This document shows positions 34,874 to 47,259 of a stretch of DNA of 64,000 bases, in pieces. The stretch is from the human T2T-CHM13v2.0 reference genome, Homo sapiens. Below the pieces are notes generated by a model. It made no database searches. It was not told the DNA's origin and was given only the letters and a program-made list of their open reading frames with translations. The translations under genes were made by a program, and so were the position numbers. Where the stretch lies: the NCBI RefSeq assembly GCF_009914755.1, contig NC_060929.1; one strand, given 5' to 3'. The first letter of the stretch is position 1; each line of letters starts with the position of its first letter.

Positions 34874-37516
34874 TCTCTTCTAGGTATTCTTATAAAATCG
34901 TTGACCAAAATGAATTGAACCCAGATAGGATATTCTAAGGAAGAAAGTGCAATAGAGCTTACCTGATAAAGACAGCCTGTTCCACCCACCCCAAAGTCAG
35001 GCTAATGATAGGTGTCTGCAAAGCTACCCAAGGTCCTCTGAATTCCTCAGCCCACTAGCTCCACAAGCCACACTTATACAACATGACCCTGTCTGCCCCT
35101 AAGTCACAGTTGCCTGGACCTTTCTTTGGAGAATGTGGAAATGAGGCTGAGAGATTCTTGTTCAGTCTAGGCTAGTCTCTTCAATGGGGTAGATACAAAT
35201 TCAAGAGCTGTAACATGGCTGTATTCTGGAATCCCTGTGATCTAAGAGGAGAAAAGTGGTGTTTAAGGTTAATAAAAAATAATAGACAAGAACAGTGTAT
35301 TAGTCCGTTTTCATGCTGCTGATAAAGACATACCCAAGACTGGGAAGAAAAAGAGGTTTAATTGGACTTACAGTTCCACACGGCTCGGGAGGCCTCAGAA
35401 TCATGGCAGGTGAAAGACACTGCTTACATCATGGCAACAAAAGAAAATGAGAAAGAAGCAAAAGCAGAAACCCCTGATAAACCCATCAGATCTCATGAGA
35501 CTTATTCGCTATCACGAGAATAGCATGGGAAAGACAAGCCCTCATGATTCCATTACCTCCCCCGGGTCCCTCCCACAACACATGGGAATTCTGGGAGACA
35601 TAATTCAAGTTGAGATTTGAATAGGGACACAGCCAAACTATATCATTCTGCCCCTGGCCCCTCCAAATTTCATGTCCTTATATTTCAAAACCAATCATGC
35701 CTTCCCAACAGGTCCCCAAAGTCTTAACTCATTTCAGCATTAACCCCAAAGTCCATGGTCCAAAGTCTCATCTGACACAAGGCAAGTCCTTTCTGCCTAT
35801 GGGCCTGTAAATCAACAGCAGCTAATTACTTCCTAAATACCATGAGGGTACAGGTATTGGGTAAATACAGCCATTCCAAATGGAAGAAATTGGCCAAAAC
35901 AAAGGGGCTACAGGGCCCATGCAAGTCTGAAATCCAGCAGGGCAGTCAAATTTTAAAGCTCCAAAGTGATCTTCTTTGACTCATATCCTGGGCAGCTCCG
36001 CCCCCGTGGCTGTGCAGAGTACCTCCCTCCTGGCTGTTTTCATGGGCTAGCATTGAGTATCTGTGGCTTATTCAGGGGTACAGTGCAAGTGTTGGTGGAT
36101 CTGCCATTCTGGGGCTTGAGGATGGTGGCCCTCTTCTCACAGCTCCACTTAGGCAGTGCCCCAGTAGGGACTCTGTGTGGGGGCTCCAACCTCACGTTTT
36201 CCTTCCACACTCCCCTAGCAGAGGGTCTCCATGAGGGCTCCACCCCTGCAGCAAACTTTTGCCTGGGCATCCAGGCATTTCCATACATCTTCTGAAATCT
36301 AGGCAGAGGTTCTCAAACCTCAATTCTTGACTTCTGTGCACTTGCAGGCTCTACACCACTGCTGCCAAGGTTTGGGGCTCACCACCCTCTGAAGCCACAG
36401 CCTAAGCTGTTTGTTGGCCCCTTTCTGCCATGGCTGGAGCGGCTGAGACACAGGACACCAAATTCCTAGGCTGCACACAGCACAGGGACCCTGGGCCTGG
36501 CCCACGAAACCACTTTTTCCTCCTGTGCCTCTATGCCTATAATGGTAGGGACTTTTGTGAAGGTCTCTGACGTGGCCTGGAGACATTTTCCCCGTGGTCT
36601 TGGGGATTAACATTAGGCTCCTTGCTACTTTTGCAAATTTCTGCAGCAGCTTGAATTTCTTCTCAAAAAATGGGTTTTTCTTTTCTACTGCATCATCAGG
36701 CTGCAAATTTTCCAAACTTTATGCTCTGTTTTCCTTTTAAACTGAATGCCTTTAACAGTACCTAAGTCACCTCTTGAATGCTTTTCTGGTTAGAAATTTC
36801 TTTCACCAGATACCCTGAATAATCTCCCTCAAGTTCAAAGTTCCACAGATGTCTAGGGCAGGGGCAAAATGCCACCAGCCTCTTTGCTAAACCATAACAA
36901 AAGAGTCACCTTTGGTGCAATTCCCAACAAGTTCCTCATGTCCCTCTGAGACCACCTCATCCTGGACCTTATTGTTCATATCATTATCATCATTTTTGTC
37001 AAAGCCATTCAACAAATCTCTAAGAGGTTCCAAACTTTCCCACATTTTCCTGTCTTCTTCTGAGCCCTCCAAACTGTTCCAACCACTGCCTGTTACCCAG
37101 TTCCAAAGTTGCTTCCACATTTTTGGGTATCTTTTCAGCAATGCCCCACTCCACTGGTACCAATTTACTGTATTAGTCTGTTTTCTTGCTGCAGATAAAG
37201 ACATATCCAAGACTGGGAAGAAAAAGAGGTTTAATTGGACTTACAATTCCACATGGCTGGGGAGGCCTCAGAATCATGGCAGGAGGTGAAAGGCACTTCT
37301 TACATCTCAGCAGCAAGAGAAAATGAGGAAGAAGCAAAAGCAGAAACCCCTGATAAACCCATCAGATCTCATAAGACTCATTCACTTTCATGAGAATAGC
37401 ATGGGAAAGATCAGCCCCCATGATTCCATTACCTAGGTCCGTCCCACAACAAGTGGGAATTCTGGGAGATACAATTCAAGTTGAGTTTTGAATGGGGACA
37501 CAGACAAACCACATCA
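34874..37516. repeat. Copy B of the local duplication (paralogue of 23852-26834)
   Basis: Same flank sequence (aaaatgaattga.cccagataggatattctaaggaagaaag...) and the same provirus. Confidence 0.93.
35296..37516 (-). mobile_element. THE1A MaLR provirus (LTRs at 35296-35645 and 37169-37516) with an intact 5-bp TSD
   Basis: TSD aacag at 35291-35295 and 37517-37521. Confidence 0.94.
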
Positions 37517-37988
37517 AACAGATATTCAGAAAGGGACAAAAGTAAGGAGAATGAAAAATCTCATCATCTTCATTTTAGCCCCTTCCGAGAGTCCAGCTGC
37601 ATTTCTGCCTGCAGTCTCCATCAAAACAAGCTATATCCTTAATAATTTCCCCCCTTTTACTTGATCCAATTCAAGTCAGTTTCTATAATATCAGCTAGTA
37701 CTGCAAATACTTTATTTTTTTAACCTGCCTCTTTTCACAAGGAATTTCAGACACCCATGAATAAAACATGGATAGCCAGATGGATAGAAGACAGATTGAC
37801 TTCTTCCTGAGAGTGCAGTCACTGATGGGCAAAGCAGCAAAATCACCCATCCTGTTCTACTAATCCATCAATTTATTCTGCAAGATGTCCGCTGAGCACT
37901 TGCTTTGTTTCAGGATCTTTTTGGGGTGCTGGGATGCAGTAGTCAGTAAGGTGACCAAAGGTCTGCCTTCCCAGATCTATGTGTACAA

Positions 37989-38025
37989 ACACACACACAC
38001 ACACACACACACACATGCACACACA
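37989..38025. repeat. (CA)n microsatellite
   Basis: Direct reading. Confidence 0.95.
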
Positions 38026-38362
38026 ATGCGGCAGTAATCCAGAACCACAAGATATAGGAAAAAATAGGAAAGAAAATTCAAATCCAAGATATGTTTCAAC
38101 AGAAGACATTGAAAGAATTGTTGCCCCATTAAATATATGCAATGAAGAAAATATTATATTTATGTCTATTGCCCAGGAGAATGAAGGTGACACTTAACAA
38201 AAAGAAAAACTAAAAGTCAGGAAAAACTTAAACTAATCTTCTGCTGGGTTCTGTTTACAGTATGATTGTTTTACCATTTTTTCCAAATTATCAGCCTTCC
38301 TCATTCTTTCAACTAATCTATGTTCTCCCTATATTTCAAAAAGGTAATTCAAAAACTATCAT

Positions 38363-38448
38363 CTGTTCCTATTCGGCCATCTTGGCCGAATCTCTAATCA
38401 TAAAATCTCTAATCATAAAATCTAATCATAATCTCTAATCATAAAATC
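38363..38448. repeat. Inverted 24-bp copy of the L1 5' end followed by four imperfect aatctctaatcataa units
   Basis: ctgttcctattcggccatcttggc is the reverse complement of 38862-38885. Confidence 0.9.
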
Positions 38449-38506
38449 AAAGTAAATATTAATAGAGATAAAAACTGATAGAATTGACTATTTAAAAAGA
38501 AAAACA

Positions 38507-38782
38507 GGCCAGGTGAGGCAGCTCACATCTGTAATCCCTACACTTTCGGGTCACTTGAGGTCAGGAGATTGAGATCAGCCTGGCCAACATGGTGAAACCC
38601 CATCTCTACTAAAAATACAAAAATTAGCTGGCCGTGGTGGCAGGCACCTGTAATTCCAGCTACTCAGGGGGCTGAGGCAGGAGAATCACTTGAACTGGGG
38701 AGGTAGAGGTTGCACTGAGCCGAGATCATGCCACTGCACTCCAGCCTGGATGATAGAGCAACACTCTGTCTCAAAAAAAAAA
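38507..38782 (+). mobile_element. AluS with a short deletion in the left arm
   Basis: 'cactttcgggtcacttgagg' lacks the 'aggccgaggcgggcgga' segment. Confidence 0.93.
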
Positions 38783-38852
38783 GGAGAGAAAATAAAAATA
38801 TATGGAGGTCATATAAAAAGATAAATATTGCTCTTTACAAAGCTGCTGTATA

Positions 38853-39852
38853 GGGGGTGGAGCCAAGATGGCCGAATAGGAACAGCTCCAGTCTACAGCA
38901 CCCAGCATGAGCGACGCAGAAGACGGGTGATTTTTGCATTTCCAACTGAGGTACCAGGTTCATCTCACGGGGGAGTGCCGGACAGTGGGTGCAAGACAGT
39001 GGGTGCGGTGCACCGTGTGTGAGCTGAAGCAGGGCTAGGCATTGCCTCACCCAGGAAGTGCAAGGGGTCAGGGAACTCCCTTTCCTAGTCAAAGAAAGGG
39101 GTGACAGACGGCACCTGGAAAACCGGGTCACTCCCACCCTAATACTGTGCTTTTCCAATGGGCTTATCAAACAGCACACCAGGAGATTAAATCCCGCACA
39201 TGGCTCAGAGGGTCCTACGCCCACGGAGCCTCACTCATTGCTAGCACAGCAGTCTACGATCAAACTGCAAGGTGGCCATATCAGGGATTCCTCAGGGATC
39301 TAGAACTAGAAATATCATTTGACCCAGCCATCCCAATACTGGGTATATACCCAAAGGATTATAAATCATGCTGCTATAAAGACACATGCACACGTATGTT
39401 TATTGTGGCACTATTCACAATAGCAAAGACTTGGAACCAACCGAAATGTCCAACAATGATAGAATGGATTAAGAAAATGTGGCACATATACACCATGGAA
39501 TACTATGCAGCCATAAAAAATGATGAGTTCATGTCCTTTGTAGGGACATGGATGAAGCTGGAAACCATCATTCTCAGCAAACTATCGCAAGGATGAAAAA
39601 CCAAACACCGCATGTTCTCACTCATAGGTGGGAATTGAACAATGAGAACACACGGACACAGGAAGGGGAACATCACACACCGGGCCTATTGTGGGGTGGG
39701 GGGAGGCGGGAAGGATAGCATTAGGAGATATACCTAATGTTAAATGACGAGTTAATGGGTGCAGCACACCAACATGGCACATGTATACATATGTAACAAA
39801 CCTGCACGTTGTGCATATGTACCCTAAAACTTAAAGTATAATAATAATTTAA
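38853..39852 (+). mobile_element. Internally deleted L1PA (about PA4-5): first ~424 nt of 5'UTR fused to the last ~570 nt
   Basis: Starts gggggtggagccaagatggccgaatagg; junction at 39276/39286; TSD aaagctgctgtata at 38839 and 39853. Confidence 0.96.
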
Positions 39853-40554
39853 AAAGCTGCTGTATAATTAAGATGATATATAGAAAATCCATCTATAACT
39901 TGAACTCTGCTATACAAAGTTTAGTCACTACTGCTATATTTGAAAATAAAAACATACAAAAAAAAAGATAAATATCTCAGTATAAACATCCCCAAGGGAA
40001 AATTGGATCATATAGGGACAAGGAAATACAAAATAGGTACAGGTAATTGGTAAGTTAAAAGCCTATCAATCTCTCCAATAATGAAATAAATGTAAATCAA
40101 AATATAAAACTTATTTTTCACTTATCACATTGACAAATTTGCAAAAAAAAAAAAAAAGAACATATATAATGCAGGTAAAAAAAAAACTGTGGTGGACAGA
40201 AGTGAGGATTCTTCGCACTTCACAGAGAGCAGTTTGGTGATACATGCCAAAACATTAAATGTGTTCACTCCATGGCCCAGCATTTCTACTTCTCAGAAGT
40301 TTTCTTTAGGAAATAGAAAGACAATGGAATATAGTTACAACAACAATATATTCACTGTAGATACGTTTACAATAGAAAAAATGGAAACATTTCAACACAT
40401 CAGTTAATACGTGAATTGATAAACTAGGTATATCTACCTATATGATGAAATACTAGCCACATAGTAAAGATGATAATATAGGTTTATATAACATTCATTG
40501 GTATGGAAAAGATGTTCACAATCTACTACATGAAACAAAGCAGTTACAAAATAG

Positions 40555-41108
<554 letters not shown>

Positions 41109-41739
41109 TCACCACCATATCAACAAGGGTTATGGGTGATTGGATAATGGCTGATACTGACTTTCTCTTTTAAAATGCAACTTCATTTTCTGATTTTTCC
41201 AAAGAGAAATCTTACAATCAGAAAAATATAGCTATTAAAAATACTATTATAAAAGGATTTCATTCAATAATAAGAAAATTTCATAATTGTAATATAAATA
41301 ATTGGCCAAAATATATTAGCAATTCATTAAAGAAGTTTAAATCACATACAAACATGGAAAAATATTCAACTTTACAAGAGATGAAAACTAAAATATGCCT
41401 TTAATTTTAGTGAATATTTTTTAAAATTTAAAATACACAGTGCAGGTAAGGAGTAGTTAAACAAGCATGATCAAACATTGTTCATAGACATATAAAATGG
41501 TACCACCCTTTTGGAAAGCAATTTTTCAATATTTTTAGAAATATTTAATTCCTTAATTTATTCATACGCTTTGATGCAATATTTCTACTTTATAGTATTT
41601 CAAAACAAATAAAATTAAATGCAGATACACACACATGCCATGTTTAGCAAATCATGTTTATTATAAACAGAAATTTTTAAACAAAATAAATATCTATCAA
41701 CCAGGGAATGATTTAGTGTATCTTACAATAGAATATCAT

Positions 41740-42070
<331 letters not shown>

Positions 42071-43099
42071 TTATATTTATAAAGAGTTCATGATAATGCA
42101 AAAGCACTTATATTTTTTAAATATATAAAGTTAAATATATATAATTTACATAGGCATATTACATATGTATATGTAAAAACTAAGTAAAAGAAAATAAATA
42201 AGAAAAAGAAAATCTATACCAAGTTCTTAAAAATATCTACGAGTAGTAGGACTAAGGGTAATTTTTTTCTTCTTATACTTTCCTGTATTTTCTAAATGTT
42301 AAATCATGAATATAGATTATTTTTATAATTGAATTTTTCCCCCAATTTTCTTCACTAGGCTTGGTAGATTTTCTACTCCATGAAGCTACAGCACTTAAAT
42401 ATTCAGCTTGCCATATATAGTCTTGCCCAATAGCTCATTTTTATCATATCATGCCCTTCTCAAACCTCCTGTAGTTCCCCATTGCCTAAGATACCAAGTT
42501 CAAATGCCATGTGGGCATGACTTTCAAAAACTCAATAAGCTGTCCGCAACTTAGCCTCATTTCTCACTCCTCTCCTAAATGGCACCTGCATGCTCATTTC
42601 TGACCATTTTCATTCCTAGTTTTGAACCTTGATCCAGGCTGTCTCCCCACCCGAATGGCCCTTCGCCATCACCTCTGCCTCTCCAAGAGCTCTCTCTCCT
42701 TACGAGACTCAGACCAACCCCACTCCTTTGGGAAGCTTCCCATGATTACTCTGGCGTCCTCTCATCTCACCCTTCTCTAACTCAGTCTCTACCACTTAAG
42801 AGCTCACTTTAACCTTTGCCTTACACTGCCCTCTGTAGCTAATTGGAACAGTATTTTTCAGGTGGATTGTGTATTGGCAGGAAGAGACACTACACATGAG
42901 CACCTACTAACATTTTCCATCTACTTGCTAAAATAAATCAGAAACATAAGGCAGAGAAAAGTGGCCTTTGCAGGGCAAAAACCAAGGCAGCACCTTTCAA
43001 ATGTTCCCCAAGTCTCCTAGTAGGGAACCAGTAGCTGCCCATGACTTCCTTCACCACAGGTATGGTCTCCCCTATCTCCAAGGTTCAGTGTTGGCTGTG

Positions 43100-43418
43100 C
43101 AGTGGTCCTCCCTTACCTGCAACGAATATATTCCAAGACCCCCGGTGGATGTCTAAAACTGTGGATAGTACCAAATCCTATATTTTACTGTGTTTTTTTC
43201 TACACATACATACCTATGATAAAGCTGAATTTATAAATTCGACATAGTAAGAGATTAACAATAGCTACTAATAAACTACAACAATCATGACAATATGATG
43301 TAAAACAGTTGTGTGAATGTGGTAACTCTCTCAAAATATCTTGTTATACTGTACTCTCTATTTTCAGCCTGTGGTTGACCACTGGTAATTGAAACTGCAG
43401 CTAAGCAGAGACTACAGT
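43100..43418 (+). mobile_element. MER44A-like Tigger MITE
   Basis: 'ttccaagacccccggtggatgtctaaaactgtggatagtacc...catacatacctatgataaag'. Confidence 0.8.
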
Positions 43419-43789
43419 AGTAGAGTCCTTTTGTACCCAAGCCCACCTTACCATTCAGGAAGGATTTACCCAATAGTCTGTGTATTTAATAATCCCCTGT
43501 GAGGGGATATTTCTAGATGTTAGACTCTCCTGGTTCTTGAAACAATTGCAGCCTCAATGAAGCTACATCTTCCCCTAGGAGGGAGAAAAGTAGAGTCTGT
43601 GCCCAGGAGTTTCTGAGGAGTGTAGCTCTTTTAAGCATCCCAGGTAGCCATGGCCCCTCCCTTGGTTATCCACCATTTACAACCATAGGGCTTCACCCTC
43701 AGCAAGATTGTAAGGGTAAGGGAATGGGAACCAATGCTTTTTGATCACTTGCCATAACCATCAGGATCACCATCATAATATCATATTAA

Positions 43790-43985
43790 GCACCACCAGT
43801 TTTGAGCTGCTCATGTGGGCCAAGAATGCGACACGAATTATCCAATCCATGTGACAATGCTGTGAGGTGAGTATATCATCTCCACTTTTTCAGACAGAGA
43901 CACAGAGTCTCAAGGTCAGTATCTCGCTCAAGGTTGCATACCTTCAAAGTAACAGGGCCAGATGTAGAGCCTCTGCCTGCAAAGC
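43790..43985 (+). mobile_element. MIR
   Basis: 'tgtgaggtgagtatatcatctccactttttcagacagagacacagag...gctcaaggttgca'. Confidence 0.65.
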
Positions 43986-44004
43986 ACCACCCCATGGGCC
44001 TTTC

Positions 44005-44120
44005 TGTAAATCCTTCACAGTGACCGTCTCAGTCAAGAACTCTGTCCTGACATCTAACCTAATTCCTGCATGTTGCAGCTTCACACTCTTTCTTCCTGTT
44101 CTCTTCTTGGAGGAACTGGT
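44005..44120 (-). mobile_element. CR1/L3 fragment
   Basis: 'cagtcaagaactctgtcctgacatctaacctaattcctgcatgttgcagctt'. Confidence 0.65.
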
Positions 44121-44804
44121 CCCCAGGCTTGGAAGCAATAGTTCTTTTGCCAGAATTGTTAAAACACTCTTTGGCCATCTTTCAGGATGAATCATTCTAG
44201 ATCTTCCTAGGCCTCATATTTTGAGCGATTAATTGTTTCCATTCTCCTCTCCTGAACACTCTTCTCATTCTCTGCAGCCCTCTGACATGCACTCTCCATT
44301 TTGAAAGGTCCTTAAGAATTTCCAGAGTTGTTTTGGGCTTTTTATTTTTTTTCCAAGGGACTTGGGAGAGGCATGATGGTCAGGGATAGGAAACCTTTCC
44401 ATCTATCCAAATAAAATGGCTTGTTTCTGAGGGAAGAGAGATTAGAGGAAAGCTCAGAGGGCTGGGGCCAGGAAAATAACTTTGAAACTTAAAATAGATG
44501 AATTCAAATAAAGATGAATCAGAAACACAGGATTAAATTTTTCTGAGGCCTCCAATTTAGCAGGAAATGTGCTGGATAAAATAGATTTGGATTTGATTTA
44601 TCAAATGCAAAATATTTTTTTCTTTTTAAAAAAGTGGGTAAGATTCTGAGTATACTCCAAGCCCTCTCACTATCAAAATCAAGCACCACCAGGCAGCCAT
44701 TGCCCATGAGTCAGAGTCAGGTTAAAGCCGGATGCCTGGCTGAGTCCCTCCAGAGCTAGCATTTTCCAGTGGATTGCCATGTTAATCGGCATAAGAAACA
44801 GTAG

Positions 44805-44990
44805 GGGTGTAGAAGCAAGAATTCCAGGCTGAAAATCAAGAGACCTGGTTCTAGCCCCAGTTCAACCAGATGACCTTGGCAAGTCCTGGGCCCTGGACCT
44901 TCCTGACCCTCCATTTCCCCGAGTTTAAACCTGAGGGCTTGAGCCTACATGATCTCAGTGGTCCCTTTCTAGGTCTTATATTTTATAGTT
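44805..44990 (-). mobile_element. MIR3-like SINE
   Basis: 'tcaagagacctggttctagcccc...tgaccttggcaagtc...gatctcagtggtccctttctaggtct'. Confidence 0.7.
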
Positions 44991-45671
44991 CTCCAGTGAA
45001 TATCAGCAGTTTCCAAAATGGCTTCCACCAAGCACTGATCCTGCAAGATGCTCAGTGGAAAAGCAGTTCAGTGGTCCCATTTGTTGGTAAAGACTGCATA
45101 TGTGAGCTTCCCCTTGAGATTTAAAAAGCTTAATTTAATTCAACCAATGAGTTCCCAAATCTTATACCGTACACTCTTTTTTTAAATGTACTATTACCCT
45201 GTGAAATGTATTTCGGGAAACAGTGACAGTAAAAGTCCATCCTTCCTTCCTTCTCACCTCTGGGGTTTTGTCATCAATGGTGTCTCTTCTCCCCACTCAC
45301 ATCAGAACTTGGAGAGCTCCATTTGACACGGGAAACCCTGAGGACTCTGCCCTTAATTAAAGGAGCATAAAGCAGCAAGTTAGACAGTGGGCAGGCAGAG
45401 GCAGACGTGGGCTATCTGTGTTTGCAAACAGAACCAGGGCTAAGATGGCAGAATGATGAACTCACTGTGTATTGATGTTTTGCCCTTCATGCTATGGAGA
45501 GGCTGCAGGTGCATCCCTCTCCCTGAACATCACCGTAGAGGTCCTTGCAGCATGCTCCCTTTCCTCAGGGGCTCAGGTGTTTCTGGACAAATCGAAAGAG
45601 CAGCAAGACCATCAGAAGAGCAACTCCCCACTGGGCTGCTGTTTTGGAAAAACCTAACCTCACTGAGGGGC

Positions 45672-46056
45672 TGCCTTAGTCTTCTCAGGCTGCCACGATA
45701 AAATACCACAGACTAGGTGCCTTAAACAACAGAAATTCATTTTCTCACTTCTGGAGGCTAGAAGTTCAAGATCAACGTGCCACCGGGGCTTGTTTCTGGT
45801 AAGGCCTCTCTTCCTGGCTTGTAGAGAGCCTTCTTCTCACTGTGTCCTCACATGAACTTTCCTCTGTGCATGGGTGAGAGAGACCTTTGGTACTTTTCCT
45901 ATTCTACAAAGACACTGATCCTATTAGATTAGGGTCTCACCATAACCTCATTTACCCTTAATGATCTCCTTAAATGCCCTATCTTCAAATACAGTCACCT
46001 TGGGGGATTAGGGCTTCAATGTAGGAATGTGGAGGAGACAAAATTCAGTCCATAAA
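45672..46056 (-). mobile_element. MLT1A/B-type LTR
   Basis: 'ggctgccacgataaaataccacagactagg...aaacaacagaaatt...aaattcagtccataa'. Confidence 0.85.
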
Positions 46057-46805
46057 ACAGGGAGATTCCTCTGGATTGCTACAGAGAGGGAAGGAGAGAT
46101 GTGAGTTTGGGAGTTTAAGAAGCAGAAAGAGTCAGAGGAAGAAGCAAAAGAAATGTCTTCAAGGGCTAAGTGGATGAATGACTGTAGTCTGTGGGTATAT
46201 CCTGCTCCTTGCAGAGCCCTAGGAAGTGCTAGGACATCAAAGGGGAGGTTGTGGCACATCTGGAGAGGCTGTGCCCTGACACCATGCATGACTCCATGGG
46301 CCAGCTTGGCACAGAAGGCACAAAGCCACCTGCAACGAGGTCACATAGATTTGGGCAAGGAATGACTTGTGTGGACACAAAGTCCAGGCTGCCCACCAAG
46401 TGCACAAGACCTCAGGACATTTTCCCATGCTATGGAATAAGAAAGAGCCCAGGAATGACAGAAATTTATTTTCCCACCATCCATAACGATGAAATCTTGC
46501 AGCAGATTAAGTTTGTTTTAGAGAAATAAAATAAACATGGCCCACACTTTGCATTTTGGAGGAAATTTTACAGCTGACATTCTGATGTCACTAGTTGTAA
46601 GCAGGATGGGTGGGAGGCCAGGCCTCTAAGATCCAGTCCAGATATTGGTAAAAAAGATTTGGCAGATTCCAAGCAAGGGAGGGCCAGCTAAAAGTTATTA
46701 GACAGGATTTGTATTGATAAGCAATGCAGTCCAACCTGACCCCTTCAGGACATCTAGGCCCCAATAATTCACCCTGTTTTGCCCCTCTTGTTGACTTGAT
46801 GAGAG

Positions 46806-47259
46806 GTATATTAGTTTCTTGTGGTGGCTATAACAAAATATCACAAAGTTGATGGCTGAAAACAACAGAAATTTATTTTCTCACAGTTTTGGAGGCCAGA
46901 AGTCCAAGATCAAGGTATTAGCAGGCGTGCACTCCCGCCAGAGACTCTTGTAGGGGGCTCTGTTCTTTGCCTCTTCCAGATTCTGGTGGCTGCCAGCATT
47001 CCTTGGCTTAGGGCTGCATCCCTGTCTCTGTTTTCACAACACCTTCTCCTCTTCTGTGTGTCTGTCTCAAAATTTCCTCTGCCTCTCTTATAAGGACACT
47101 GTGATTGTATTTAGAGTCCATTCAGACAATCCAAGATAAGCTGCTTCTCTTGGGATCCTTAACTTAATCACAACTTTTGCAAAATAAGGTAACATTCACA
47201 GGTTCCAGTGAGTTGGCATGGATATCTTGGTGAGGGGCTGGTATTTTCAGTAGACCACA
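46806..47259 (-). mobile_element. MLT1C-type LTR
   Basis: 'tattagtttcttgtggtggctataacaaa...ggtaacattcacaggttccag'. Confidence 0.85.

Noticed and set aside
39261-39300. Spliced L1 (SpIRE) origin of the mini-L1
   Set aside because: The junction has a 9-nt filler and no clean GT-AG join, which fits DNA repair better.
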